DNA of 64,000 nt from Candidatus Bathyarchaeota archaeon. Lineage in GTDB: Archaea; Thermoproteota; Bathyarchaeia; Bathyarchaeales; Bathycorpusculaceae. Location: positions 2,592,001 to 2,656,000 of the forward strand of contig OY970340.1 of assembly GCA_963717465.1 (NCBI GenBank), given 5' to 3'. Position numbers and translations under genes: made by a program. This document shows, piece after piece, positions 1 through 11,281 of the stretch; the stretch's first letter is position 1, and each line of letters starts with the position of its first letter. Under the pieces are notes generated by a model. That model worked only from the letters and a program-made list of their open reading frames with translations. It ran no database searches and had not been told where the DNA came from.

Positions 1-372
1 TGTTGGTTTTTTCTCATAAAAGTATCTAAAATATAGGTAAAAGAACGCACCCATAAATAATGACATGAACACTCCTTGAAACAGATTATAAAGCAAGCCA
101 CAATTATCATATAAGTTAGAAATTAAACCAAAGCTTATGAAAAAGGATATCATCAAAATAATAGTTCCTATGTAAGCAGTCCTCAAGCTTATAACCTATT
201 TACTTGTATTCATTTTCCCTCTTAAAGTTTAGCTATCGAGAAATCATGATAAAAGATTTGATAAACAAAAACTATAAATGTGCATAGTATGAAAATATTA
301 CAATTGGAAGAAAAGTAACGCTAACAGTTACTAAGTAACTTTTTCCATTATTTTATGGACAATGCTTTCGTT

Positions 373-558
373 CTAATCCTTATTTCTTTGTATAGTTAAC
401 AAAATGTAAATACCCCACGTAACACCAAAGATTATCACAAAAGGCAAAGCAGCAGCTGATAACTCACCATTATTGATATAAATACCATCATAATAAGCCA
501 GTAAAGATATCGCAAACACCACCGCCAATGTGATATGTGCTCTAAAGTTGATACTCAT
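373..558 (-). CDS. small two-TM membrane protein, hypothetical
   Basis: 61-aa ORF with two hydrophobic segments. Confidence 0.5.
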   Translation of the reverse strand: MSINFRAHITLAVVFAISLLAYYDGIYINNGELSAAALPFVIIFGVTWGIYILLTIQRNKD

Positions 559-741
559 AAATTAGAAATGCAGTGATTTAGATATAAAAATTTTTTCTAA
601 AGCGACTATGGGTTATATGGACTTTGATGGGCTTATGTTACTTTTCATAGTAACAACAGGATATTTAGTATTTAGCTAATTTTTCGTAAAGATAAATCGA
701 AGAAATAGAGGATTTTATTAAAAGAGTATAGCTTCAATTTA

Positions 742-858
742 TTAGGTAGCACCATGAATACCCGTCGTTAAGTTGTCTAACCTATGCATCCTTTTTATGT
801 GGTCTTCCAATTCATCCTCGCTATTGAAAGAGTTATTACAAAGCTTGCATTTTGGCAA
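742..858 (-). CDS. 38-aa C2H2 zinc-finger microprotein (not in ORF track)
   Basis: Manual translation MPKCKLCNNSFNSEDELEDHIKRMH...; CxxC-x12-H-x4-H; GGGGTGA SD just upstream of the TTG start. Confidence 0.7.
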   Translation of the reverse strand: MPKCKLCNNSFNSEDELEDHIKRMHRLDNLTTGIHGAT

Positions 859-1117
859 ATTATTTCACCCCCAATAACAAATTATTCTTAACATAGCGCA
901 AGTTATTTAGTTTGTAACCTTATGAAAACTTGTGGTTGTGTCCAGACTATCACATTATACAAAAAGAGACAGAGAGATTAAACAAGTAGAAGACATAAAT
1001 CAGTAATTACCGATTTCTCAAAGTTTTCATAGATAAATCTTAAATCTGCATAGCGTAGAAACAGTCAAACACTATAAATAAGGTAAATGAACTGTAAATA
1101 GAGTAAACGTGAAAAAC

Positions 1118-1249
1118 TTGAATAGCGTTTTATGTGTAAAGTGCCCACATTGTGGTAGCACCCACCTTGAAGAAGATGAAGATATCATTAAGTGTCTTGA
1201 TTGTGGCATGGGCAAGTATAAGAAAGGCAGGCATAAGAATTATTCTTAA
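1118..1249 (+). CDS. 43-aa zinc-ribbon microprotein (not in ORF track)
   Basis: Manual translation ...KCPHCGSTHLEEDEDIIKCLDCG...; two CxxC motifs. Confidence 0.6.
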   Translation: MNSVLCVKCPHCGSTHLEEDEDIIKCLDCGMGKYKKGRHKNYS

Positions 1250-1452
1250 AAAATAATTAAATAATCCTTGTTCTCTTCATATGAGAACCCTCTATTCTTT
1301 AAAAATATTTCAATCTGTTTAGTGTCATGATTACCTTTAATCTCCAATTGAAATCTATCGGTTGTTCTCTTTTTTATAAGAACTAAAGAGGGGACGATTA
1401 AATTTTCTTCACTTAATTCTTTGAATAGAGCTACAGCTTCTCGCCTATCCAA
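1246..1452 (-). CDS. small hypothetical protein
   Basis: 68-aa ORF, GGGG-type SD upstream, protein-like composition. Confidence 0.6.
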   Translation of the reverse strand: MDRREAVALFKELSEENLIVPSLVLIKKRTTDRFQLEIKGNHDTKQIEIFLKNRGFSYEENKDYLIIF

Positions 1453-1884
1453 TAGATTTACCCCTTAGTCCACTGGCAAACATATCAGACAAATAACATT
1501 TTTCATGCATTCAATTAATTTTCTAAATGCAGTTAACAGTTAGGGCTATTGCCGAGTGCATTCAAGGGTTAAGGTAGTGCTGTTTATCATTAAACTATTG
1601 GCTAAAAACTCCTATTAATTAGCCAGTTAAGCACAATTTAAACATTAAAAAGAAAAAATAAATGTTACAAACTAAACATTAGCGAAACGTTGCAAAGTGG
1701 ACATATGGTAAACGTTTTCTGCTGCTTAGATAGCGCGCAGATAAGTGCAGGTCAAATAATATACAATCATATCAAGTATATATTGTAAATAATACATATA
1801 TAGTAGCTGTTAAGTACAGAAAAATTGAATTATTATTACTAGACGATTTATATAGATGTTTTATCTGTTTTTTGCACCCTTCTA

Positions 1885-2367
1885 ATGGAAGGGCTTGGAT
1901 GGAGAAGGGGATCGGAAGCAATCAAACAGCAAAGCTCACATACGAAACGTTTCTATCCGCTCCTGTCAGGGAGGGAAACTACAGCAAAGGCTCCAGACCA
2001 AAAAGAAATGGTTGACCAGCTTAAAATCGAATGGAAACGACTATGGATTGAGCGGATGGACGATAAAGTCAGAGCAGAAGGTATTGCCACTCAAGATTAT
2101 TTGTCACTTTTTGTTGACAGAGGAACTGTAATTCACGCAACAAAAGACTACAAAGCATTAAATTTTAGAGAAATTTTAGAGCAACATCAAATTCTTGAAA
2201 TCGAGAGATTTATTCAACCAAGTCCAGAAGTCGGCGGATGGAAAAAATTTGTGAAAACAAAGGTAACACAAAATCCTCCAAATAAAAAGAGAGCGCAAAC
2301 TTATTGTGAAGAGAAGAAAGAAAAACAACAGTCAAAAAAAGGCGGCAGAGGCTGGCTTCACAAGTAA
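1885..2367 (+). CDS. hypothetical protein with basic C-terminus
   Basis: 160-aa ORF; true start may be the ATG near 2008. Confidence 0.65.
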   Translation: MEGLGWRRGSEAIKQQSSHTKRFYPLLSGRETTAKAPDQKEMVDQLKIEWKRLWIERMDDKVRAEGIATQDYLSLFVDRGTVIHATKDYKALNFREILEQHQILEIERFIQPSPEVGGWKKFVKTKVTQNPPNKKRAQTYCEEKKEKQQSKKGGRGWLHK

Positions 2368-2528
2368 GTCATTCTGAGAATCAATTAAACCGGCTTCAAT
2401 ATTGCCTGGAATAGTCAGGCAAAGTCGATTTGAGAAGTTTAATAAGTTAATACTTGAAACATTTGACATAATCTTTGTTTTTTGCGGTTGTAAACAAGAA
2501 AGTTTATTGTTAAAGAGTTGACATAATT

Positions 2529-3293
2529 GTGAAAAAAAGAGAAGTTGATGAACTCCCATCGACACAGGTTGTCATAGCAGCTTTGAACGAGGAAGAAGGA
2601 ATTGGGAAAACTATAGCTGAACTCTGCGCTTACCTGAAAAAACCAAGTATTTTGGTGGTTGATGGCAGAAGCTCTGATAGAACAGTTGAGATAGCTAAGG
2701 ATATGGGGGCTGATATCGCTTTTCAAAATGGGCTAGGCAAAGGAGATGCGTTAGCAAAAGCATTTGAACATTCAAAATTAACAATGGACTACATAGTCAT
2801 AATCGATGCTGATTATACTTATCCCGCACAATACATTCCGCAGATGGTTAGAATACTTGAGGAAAACCCTAATGTTGGCATGGTTCTTGGCAATCGCTTC
2901 AATGGGCATTTGGATCATAAGGCTTTGCCTGGCGTACTCTATTTCGGAAATAGACTTGTGTCACTGACACATAACCTGCTTAATGACACATACTTGGATG
3001 ATCCCCTGAGTGGGCTGCGCGTTGTGCGTGCTGAAATCTTGAAACATTGGGACGTAAAATCTAAGGGTTTCGACATTGAAGTTGAGTTGAATCATCATGT
3101 CGAACAAAAAGGTTTGGGCATCATCGAAATCCCCATTCACTATAGGCAACGTTTAGGGGAAAAGAAGCTAAAAACTAAGCATGGCGCAGCCATTTTAAAG
3201 CGAATGGTGATTGAACACCTAATCACTTCGGGTTTTCGTCTTCGATCTTTAAATGAGAAATTAAGAACCTTGAATGAAAGACTAAGTCATTGA
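2529..3293 (+). CDS. GT2 glycosyltransferase, dolichol-phosphate glycosyltransferase-like
   Basis: VVIAALNEE, VVDGRSSDRT, GKGDA, DAD motif, GFDIEVE. Confidence 0.9.
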   Translation: MKKREVDELPSTQVVIAALNEEEGIGKTIAELCAYLKKPSILVVDGRSSDRTVEIAKDMGADIAFQNGLGKGDALAKAFEHSKLTMDYIVIIDADYTYPAQYIPQMVRILEENPNVGMVLGNRFNGHLDHKALPGVLYFGNRLVSLTHNLLNDTYLDDPLSGLRVVRAEILKHWDVKSKGFDIEVELNHHVEQKGLGIIEIPIHYRQRLGEKKLKTKHGAAILKRMVIEHLITSGFRLRSLNEKLRTLNERLSH

Positions 3294-3373
3294 ACTTGTC
3301 GCTTGTTTTCCGAATGAGAAATGTTACCTTCAACTTTCCATAGAACGAAAATTTTTCTTCAGTATTAGCACGG

Positions 3374-4438
3374 ATGAGCATGAACGAAATTATTGATAAG
3401 CGTCCTTTCTTGAATGAACGACGAATACTCGTCACTGGCGGAGCTGGCTTCATTGGCTCCCATTTAGTAGATGAACTCCTTTCAAGAGGACACTCCGTAA
3501 TGGTGCTTGATAATTTATCAAGCGGTTTTCGCGATAATCTCAGGTGCCATCCATCGCTGAAGTTTGTCCGAGGAAATATATCTAATTTGAATCTTGTTGA
3601 CAGGTTAGTAAAAAATTCAGATATGGTTTTTCATTTGGCTGAGTATATTCCGACAACCAAGGTTTTTGGCAGTGGTCATGTTGTAAAGTTCTCGGTTGAT
3701 GCGCCCCTTCAGGATTTTGATACGAGTGCTCGCGGCACTCTAGTGGTTCTTAATAGTGCAAGGAAATACAATAAAAAATTCGTTTTTACGTCCACTGCAG
3801 CAGTTTATGGAGAATCTAATCTTTTATTGAAAGAGAACACACAGCCTATGCCTGTCTCGCCATATGGTCTGTCAAAGCTTTGCGCTGAAGAATACGTTAG
3901 GTTGTATTCACGCCTTCACAACTTACCAGCATCAATTGTGAGATTTTTTAATGTTTACGGACCAAGACAGCTCAAGTATGTAATGTACGATTTAATGTTA
4001 AGAATCAAGCAAAACCCCGCGCACATAGAAATTCTCGGCACTGGCGAAGAAATGAGAGACTTTGTTTACGTTTCAGACGCCGTTAAAGCCTTGCTATTAA
4101 TAGCTCAAGATGAATTTGCAAACGGCGAAATATACAACGTTGCATCTGGCCATCAAACCCGAATATGCGAGCTAGTTGACGCCTTGCTAAAAACTTGTGA
4201 CACAAATCCAAAAATTATTTTTAAAGGATCAAGCTGGAAAGGTGACGTCAAACACCTCGTCGCGGACATCTCCAAGATCTCTGCAATAGGCTATAGACCT
4301 TCGCTCACTTTGGAGCAAGGATTAAACAAATTTGTTAACTGGTTTAAGGCAACAGAACTTAACCAGGCTAAACAACCAAAAATGGGCTGGAACAGGAATC
4401 GTCTATATCTGACCTTAGAAAAGCCTAATCAAACGTAG
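3374..4438 (+). CDS. NAD-dependent nucleotide-sugar epimerase/dehydratase (GalE-like)
   Basis: VTGGAGFIGS, YGLSK (YxxxK), NVYGP. Confidence 0.9.
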   Translation: MSMNEIIDKRPFLNERRILVTGGAGFIGSHLVDELLSRGHSVMVLDNLSSGFRDNLRCHPSLKFVRGNISNLNLVDRLVKNSDMVFHLAEYIPTTKVFGSGHVVKFSVDAPLQDFDTSARGTLVVLNSARKYNKKFVFTSTAAVYGESNLLLKENTQPMPVSPYGLSKLCAEEYVRLYSRLHNLPASIVRFFNVYGPRQLKYVMYDLMLRIKQNPAHIEILGTGEEMRDFVYVSDAVKALLLIAQDEFANGEIYNVASGHQTRICELVDALLKTCDTNPKIIFKGSSWKGDVKHLVADISKISAIGYRPSLTLEQGLNKFVNWFKATELNQAKQPKMGWNRNRLYLTLEKPNQT

Positions 4439-4446
4439 ATTGATTT

Positions 4447-5697
4447 TTGCGAACCGAAGGTTTTTTTCAAATGAAGATTGGAATAATAGCGCCAGAGTTT
4501 TTGCCAAATTGGGGTGGAGTTGGCACTTACTGCGTTGAACTATCTAAGCATTTGGCGGAAAACCCACAATTTGAAGTTCATGTTATTACTCTTCTTAGAA
4601 GCATAAAAGCTCTTAACGGCTCAAATATTTCCTATTCTAAGGACGACATTCTAGGTTACTTTAAAAACAAAATCAATCTGCACGTAATTTCAAATGCATC
4701 AGAGACTTTCTTGTATAATTGCTCGTTTCAGTACCAACTTTTCCATAAACTTCCTGGAATTGTTAAGGAAAATGGCATTCAATTATTGCACAGTCAACAC
4801 GCTCACATGTCTGACATATACAGCAAACTAAGAATGACAATTCCAAAAGTAACAACTATACACAGCACAATAAAAAATCAAGTCGAAGGCATAAAAGACA
4901 CAAACCAGAAATGGTCCGAAATGGATAGATCCGAGAAATGCGAACTAGCCATGTACCCAATGCTCAGGTTAGCGGAAAGATTCTATTTAGCCAAAAATGA
5001 GCGAGAAACCAACATTTTTGTTTCACAATGGACGAAAAACCATGTTAAAGCAAATTATAACTTTGCTCAAATTGAAGGACCCGTCATTTATAATGGCGTT
5101 GACGCAGATCAATTTAGTCCCTGCAAAATCGCAGATTCCCAAATTCTGAACAACATTTCAGAGCCGATAGTTCTCTATGCATCGAGACTTACAGTAGCTC
5201 GGGGAGCTCACGTCTTGGCACATGCCATTCCTGAAATATTAAAAGCAAATAAAGAAGTTCACTTTGTTTTTGCTGGATCAGGATTCACTAAACCATTGCA
5301 TGATGTACTAGATGCGAATAGTGTGCCAAAGGAAAAATATACAGTTTTGGGCTACGTGGATTATAAGGACCTGCCATCGCTCTACGCTAGGGCATACACT
5401 TATGTCATGCCTACTTCATGGGAAAATCTTCCTTTTAAGCTCCTAGAAGCGATGAGTTGTGCCAAGCCAGTAGTAACTACTGCAATGGGGGGAATACCGG
5501 AAGTCGTCCAAAATGGTTATAACGGGTTATTCATCCTTAGAAAGCCTGAAGATGTTGCAGCAAAAATAATTCAACTTCTGGAGGATAGAAAACTCGCTAA
5601 TAAACTGGGAAGTAATGCTCGAAAAACTATCCTGGAAAAATTTACTTGGGACATAACTTCGAAAAGAACACAGCAAGTTTACAAAGAGTTAGCTTAA
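4447..5697 (+). CDS. GT4 glycosyltransferase
   Basis: GGV N-terminal motif, IYNGVD, ENLPFKLLEAM (Ex7E); start probably the ATG at 4471. Confidence 0.9.
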   Translation: MRTEGFFQMKIGIIAPEFLPNWGGVGTYCVELSKHLAENPQFEVHVITLLRSIKALNGSNISYSKDDILGYFKNKINLHVISNASETFLYNCSFQYQLFHKLPGIVKENGIQLLHSQHAHMSDIYSKLRMTIPKVTTIHSTIKNQVEGIKDTNQKWSEMDRSEKCELAMYPMLRLAERFYLAKNERETNIFVSQWTKNHVKANYNFAQIEGPVIYNGVDADQFSPCKIADSQILNNISEPIVLYASRLTVARGAHVLAHAIPEILKANKEVHFVFAGSGFTKPLHDVLDANSVPKEKYTVLGYVDYKDLPSLYARAYTYVMPTSWENLPFKLLEAMSCAKPVVTTAMGGIPEVVQNGYNGLFILRKPEDVAAKIIQLLEDRKLANKLGSNARKTILEKFTWDITSKRTQQVYKELA

Positions 5698-6854
5698 CCG
5701 TTGAAATTAATATTCTAAGGCGCTATACAATGCGAATGCTTTTTGTGTCTTCTGAAAAGTCTTCAGACACGACTGCCTATAATCATAGAATATTCAATCT
5801 CGAAAAGCACTGTAGAGAAGAAGGAGCCAAAACGGAACACATTTACTTAGGCGACATGTTTTTCCATTCCCCAGTCTTTATTCAGGTTCTTAATACTCCA
5901 TTTATTCTAAAAAAACTAGCAAACTTTGACGTTATACATGCAGGAGGAAACGGGGCAGCCTATTTCTTTGCTATTGCCAAACCATTCATAGGAAGAAAAA
6001 CTATTGTAGTTTATGATGTGCATAGCGACGCAATCACCGAGAGTCACTTAATGATGAAAAACCGATTCGACTTAGCTGGATTTTTTGCAAAATTTCAGAT
6101 GACATTCATGGAAATCATTGCAACGCAACGCATTAATTATTTTGCAGCTTCCTCCCATGAAATAAAAAAAAGACTGATCAAAAGAGCCAATCAAATTGAG
6201 TCTGATAACATTGAGGTAATCATAAACGGAGTAGACTTACGAGAATTCAAGCCTCAAGAAAATAGTTCATCCATTAATTCGCACTTTTTTACTGTAACTT
6301 ACGCAGGATCATTTGGGCCAATAGAAGCAGTCGATAACTTGATTCGCGCAGCAGAAATACTGAAAGATGAAAACATCTGCTTTAAGTTAATTGGTTTTAG
6401 AAAAACAGATCAACGCATGAAAAACGAAATTAAGACTAAACTAGGCAATAGAGCATTGCTGATTGATTGGCTGCCTAGAAATGACCTTATAGCTGAACTT
6501 CAAAAATCGGATGTTTTAGTAATTCCAGCTGATGCAAGCAATTATCTTCAATCTCAAAATAGATCTGCAGTGTACGTAACGAAATTCGCTGAATTTTTAG
6601 CCACTGGAAAACCTGTCATAATAACAAGAATTGACTTGCCTTCGATGATAATTGAAAACTTTGATTGCGGTTTTGTTTGTGAACCAACAGCTGATTCTAT
6701 TGCAGAAACCATACGCAAGGCAAAAAATTGTCCTGCAGATTTACTCAGCATGAAAGGCAGAAACGGTAGGCAATTTGCCGAAAGAGAACTTGACCAAAAA
6801 TTAATTTGCAAAAAATACTTGGAGTTTCTGAATGCAATTTCAAAAAAGGATTAA
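5646..6854 (+). CDS. GT4 glycosyltransferase
   Basis: INGVD, YAGSFG, TKFAEFLATGKPV; start probably the ATG near 5730. Confidence 0.85.
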   Translation: MGHNFEKNTASLQRVSLTVEINILRRYTMRMLFVSSEKSSDTTAYNHRIFNLEKHCREEGAKTEHIYLGDMFFHSPVFIQVLNTPFILKKLANFDVIHAGGNGAAYFFAIAKPFIGRKTIVVYDVHSDAITESHLMMKNRFDLAGFFAKFQMTFMEIIATQRINYFAASSHEIKKRLIKRANQIESDNIEVIINGVDLREFKPQENSSSINSHFFTVTYAGSFGPIEAVDNLIRAAEILKDENICFKLIGFRKTDQRMKNEIKTKLGNRALLIDWLPRNDLIAELQKSDVLVIPADASNYLQSQNRSAVYVTKFAEFLATGKPVIITRIDLPSMIIENFDCGFVCEPTADSIAETIRKAKNCPADLLSMKGRNGRQFAERELDQKLICKKYLEFLNAISKKD

Positions 6855-6930
6855 AAACTGATTTTTTGTTCGATCAGTCTTGAATTTCAGCAGCTTCTTT
6901 TAGAAGGCGACTCAACTGAACAAGAGCATA

Positions 6931-9066
6931 TTGATCGTACCCGCGATTACTTTATTGCTAATAACTTCAATTATACTCAACAACCCTATTTTCAGGAACA
7001 TTATAGTTTTCGTATATTTGTCATTTGTCCCTGGTTTCGTTATTCTTAAAATATTTAAACTTGAAACACTTAGCCTCCTTAGCACTATTCTGATGTCAAT
7101 TGGCTTAAGCTTAGTTGCTTCTATGCTTGTCGGGTTAGCTATTAACGAGCTTTATCTTGCTTTAGGGCTTTCGCAGCCGTTATCAATAGTCCCTGTTACA
7201 GCAGGTATATCGATTTTCACTTTAATAATGTTCCTTGTAGCTTACCGAAAAGACTTTTCAATAAATTTCGCAAACATCAATGATACCTTAACGATAGGTA
7301 GATATTGGCCATTAATTATTGCCTTAGCTATTCTCCCAATCCTTAGTGTTTTGGGTGCTGTTTTTGCGAATGTTTCAATAATGATTATTGTAAGTCTTGC
7401 AATAGCTTTTTTGGCCATAGCGAGTGCTGCATCTAGGAAGTTTATCCCAACCAAGTTTTACCCATTGGTTATTTTTTCCATTTCGCTGTCTATTTTATTA
7501 TTAAACGTGCTGATCTCAAGGTATATAATCGGCGACGATGCTAGCTTAGAATTTTATGTTTTTAAGATTACTCAAATCAGGGGTTTTTGGGGTTCTATCG
7601 ATGCGACAACGAATGATACGCCTGTGCTTTTCTATAACTCTATGCTGTCCGTCACTGTGTTGCCAGACGTATACTCTATCCTTATGAATGTTAAAGATGA
7701 ATTACTTTTCAAGATTTTGTACCCATTTATCTTTTCTTTAGTTCCACTAGTTTTATACAAAGTGTATAAGAATGAGATTGGAAACCAAATTGCATTGTTG
7801 TCAACATTTTTCTTTGTTTTCACAGTAAATGCCTTTTTTGGGGAGCTAATAAGCGTTAACAGACAAATTGTTGGAGAATTTTTCCTCGTCCTTTCAATAC
7901 TCGTCTGGTTAGAAAAAAACTTGCCTATTAGAGAAAAGAGAATTCTTCTAGTAATTTTTGGTATAGCAATTGCTTTTTCGCATTATTCAATAGCCATAAT
8001 ATACTTAGTTTTTGTATCTGCAATAATAATCATATCTAGTTTCAGGCCAAAGCTCGATAATGTTTTTAATGCACCAACAGTTTTGTCTATTTTTGTCTTT
8101 ACAATCCTATGGTTCACATTTAGCACCGAGTCTATTATAGATCGGATCATAAGTACAATCCAAACAACATTTAGCCAATTAAATGGGTTTAAATATAATA
8201 TCGGCGCGGGAAGTGTCGGCGCTGTCACTACTATTCCACAAGTTTTCACTATAGCAAGCTGGGTGAATTTATCATTATCAGTCTTAGTAAACGTACTATT
8301 AGCAGAAGGAATACTTTCAATTATAATTCTTCACAAAACAATAAAAATATCAAATAAATTCAAATCGCTGATAATATTTGCCACAATAATTCTTACTATC
8401 GCTTTGCTTTTCCCAACTTTTGCCGAAACTTTGAATTTCACGCGTTTTTACGCAATTTCTTTGTTGTTTTTATCTCCTTGTCTAGTCATCGGTGCATTGT
8501 CTTTAGGGAAATTATTTAAAGCACTAGGAAAGAAGCTAAAATCCAGTCATCTTGCAGCATTTTCAAAGATAGGCGAAAAAGCTATCGTACTAGTTGCTAT
8601 TCTCTTGAGTGCTTACTTTTTATCTCAGTCAGGTTTCACAAATTATGTTACAGGTGGCGCTATTCATTCTCAAACATTCGACTACTATAGAATATTAAAT
8701 TCCGACGATCCCCAGGTTAGCTATCAATTTTATGGTGCAGTAATTCAAGAACAAGATGCCTGTAGCGCAAATTGGATAGGGAAATATACGAATGATTCTT
8801 TGACTGTTTACTCTTCACTAGATAATCACGCTTTGATTACTCATGCGTTGATTCCAAATAAACTTATCATTCCTTTGACTGACGAAACAAACCCAGAGGC
8901 AGGCAGCTCGGTATACTTTGACAGCTTGAATTTAGTTAAAGGAGTTTTTCCCTCATCAAATGGATTGTTAAATACTTCCCAAATCGAAACGTCTCAATTA
9001 AACAGCAGTGACTTAGTATATTCAAACGGCAACAGTGAAGTGTGGGCACCAGTAGGATCCGGCTAA
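6931..9066 (+). CDS. DUF2206-like polytopic membrane protein of archaeal glycosylation loci
   Basis: 711 aa, many TM segments, FVPG, NSMLSVTVLP, SHYS, C-terminal LVYSNG motif. Confidence 0.75.
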   Translation: MIVPAITLLLITSIILNNPIFRNIIVFVYLSFVPGFVILKIFKLETLSLLSTILMSIGLSLVASMLVGLAINELYLALGLSQPLSIVPVTAGISIFTLIMFLVAYRKDFSINFANINDTLTIGRYWPLIIALAILPILSVLGAVFANVSIMIIVSLAIAFLAIASAASRKFIPTKFYPLVIFSISLSILLLNVLISRYIIGDDASLEFYVFKITQIRGFWGSIDATTNDTPVLFYNSMLSVTVLPDVYSILMNVKDELLFKILYPFIFSLVPLVLYKVYKNEIGNQIALLSTFFFVFTVNAFFGELISVNRQIVGEFFLVLSILVWLEKNLPIREKRILLVIFGIAIAFSHYSIAIIYLVFVSAIIIISSFRPKLDNVFNAPTVLSIFVFTILWFTFSTESIIDRIISTIQTTFSQLNGFKYNIGAGSVGAVTTIPQVFTIASWVNLSLSVLVNVLLAEGILSIIILHKTIKISNKFKSLIIFATIILTIALLFPTFAETLNFTRFYAISLLFLSPCLVIGALSLGKLFKALGKKLKSSHLAAFSKIGEKAIVLVAILLSAYFLSQSGFTNYVTGGAIHSQTFDYYRILNSDDPQVSYQFYGAVIQEQDACSANWIGKYTNDSLTVYSSLDNHALITHALIPNKLIIPLTDETNPEAGSSVYFDSLNLVKGVFPSSNGLLNTSQIETSQLNSSDLVYSNGNSEVWAPVGSG

Positions 9067-9132
9067 TTCTAATCACTTTAAATTTTCATTAAGAGCTTTA
9101 GGAGCAATCACTGAAAACAGGTTGAAAAATGC

Positions 9133-10027
9133 ATGATCCCGAAAGTAACTATTGGATTATGTGTAAAGAACGGCGAGAAAGTAGTCAATACAGCATTTGA
9201 AAGTATTTCAATTCAAAATTATCAACATCAATCAATGAAAGTTGTGATCGTCGATGACGGAAGCGCTGACAGAACGTTATCATTAGCTTTAGATTTCTCT
9301 AAAAAAACGGATATACAGACTTTCGTAACTACCAACAAAAATCCTGGTCTTGGCAACGCTAGACAAATCGTTGTTGAAAACACAGAGGGCGACTACATTT
9401 TGTGGATCGATGATGACCTGGTGCTAACACAAGATTACCTTAAAAGTCAAGTAACATTTATGGAAAACGACGCAAAAGTAGCTGTTGCTAAAGGCCGCGA
9501 AAGAGTGACTCTTGAGTTAGCTGAAATTGACATGTTCAATTTCGTAAATTTGATGCCTCCCAAGAAGCCATTAAAACAAATTGGCATGGGTGGCAGCATC
9601 TGTTCGTCTTAAGCCTCTGAAAGAAATTAATGGTTTTGACGTTAGGATAAAAGGAGCAGGGGAAGATATTGATATTTCAAGAAGAATTAGCGCTTCTGGC
9701 TGGACTTTAGAGATTAATCCATTGGTGCAATTTCATCAAAGGGGTAGACCGGGAACTTTCATGGCTTTATGGAAAAGAAATTTTGGTTATGGATATGGGA
9801 ATCACTATCTTTTCCATAAATTCAAAGATTTAAAAATTATTATGGGATACTTTCTTCCTTACGCTTTAGTGGGTAGCATAAAAATGTCAAATAAAATTTA
9901 CCAAATTACAAAATGTAAAAAAGTGTTCGTCTTCTCGTTAATGCTTCAGTTTAGCAAAATCGCTGAAGCTATCGGTTTCGCCTCTGCCCACATAAATCAT
10001 TACGGTCATTTAATAGACTCTTATTAA
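9133..10027 (+). CDS. GT2 glycosyltransferase, split by a frameshift near 9600
   Basis: VTIGLCVKN, VDDGS, WIDDD in the first frame; GEDID in the second. Confidence 0.8.
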
Positions 10028-10100
10028 TGTCATCGTTAAGTTTTTGAAGTGTCTTTTCTAATTCGCTTTCTAAATTTATTTTGTTTGCAAGGTCAAAAAA

Positions 10101-11183
10101 ATGATTAAAGTCTTGCTATTTGTTAATTGGCCGGTTTACACTGTCAAAAGGTTTGAAGATACTCTTAGAAATCCTGATCAAGTTATTTTTGGTGAGCGCT
10201 ATTGGTTTTCTAAATATTGGCCAAATAATGTCAAGGTAAATGTGTTAGGCATACAACAGGGAATTCTCTTCGACATAATTGAGAGAGTCACACGGATTCA
10301 CCTTCAACCTTTAGAAACCTTGGCTCAAATAAAGAATCATGATCTTATCTTAACTTATGATTCTACAAGTGCTTTTCAATTGGCTTTGCTTAGGTCAAAG
10401 TTTGGATTCTGCAAGTCGATTCCTAATATAATGATTGATGTTGGAATGCCTAGAGCTGTTGAGCAGATTTATGAAAATGTTCCTCCTAAGCTATTGTGTG
10501 CATTATTAAAGCAAACTTTTAATCCGAAAAGTGTTTCCCACATTATTTTTCATTCATCATGCCAGCGATCATTTTATAGAGATATCCTTGGTTTTTCAGA
10601 AAATATGTTATCATACGTTCCTTTCGGTGTTGAAACAGAATACTTCAAACCAAAATTGGATGAAACTGAGGATTACATATTTGCCTCAGGGGAGTTTCGT
10701 GATTTTGAAACTCTTCTAAGATTATACGAAAAAAAACATTATTGTTTACCTGAATTGAGAATCCGCAGCGCACTTTCTCCTCCAAAGCTTCTTCCACCAA
10801 AAGTTAAGTGGCTACCAAGAGCTCCAATCTCAACCTTTAAGAATGAAGCTCTAAGATCAAGATTTGTAATAGTGCCTTTGCACTTAACAATCAGATCAAC
10901 TGGTGTTATGTCTTGCCTTCAATCAATGGCTTTGGGAAAAACCGTTCTTACCTCCAGGGTTCCTCCGATAGAGGGATATGTAATAAACGGAAAAACTGCT
11001 CTTTACTATGAACCCTATAATCAAACGGACCTGTTCAATAAAATAACTTTTCTCTTAGAACAGGACAAACTAGTTAGAGAGATAGGAATGAATGCGAGAC
11101 TATCCGTCGAAAAAGATTTCACCGTAAAGAATTTCGGAACAAGACTCTGGAATTGCATTGCAAACGTGCTAGAAAACAATTAA
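10101..11183 (+). CDS. GT4-like glycosyltransferase
   Basis: PFGVETEYF, RDFETL, QSMALGKTV. Confidence 0.8.
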   Translation: MIKVLLFVNWPVYTVKRFEDTLRNPDQVIFGERYWFSKYWPNNVKVNVLGIQQGILFDIIERVTRIHLQPLETLAQIKNHDLILTYDSTSAFQLALLRSKFGFCKSIPNIMIDVGMPRAVEQIYENVPPKLLCALLKQTFNPKSVSHIIFHSSCQRSFYRDILGFSENMLSYVPFGVETEYFKPKLDETEDYIFASGEFRDFETLLRLYEKKHYCLPELRIRSALSPPKLLPPKVKWLPRAPISTFKNEALRSRFVIVPLHLTIRSTGVMSCLQSMALGKTVLTSRVPPIEGYVINGKTALYYEPYNQTDLFNKITFLLEQDKLVREIGMNARLSVEKDFTVKNFGTRLWNCIANVLENN

Positions 11184-11281
11184 GTACGATTAAACTAAAC
11201 GACTTCAATTATCAATTTACACGCAATTTGATAAACCAAATTGTTTTTAGCAGCTCTAACGGGTTGCCAGGAGAACCCTAA

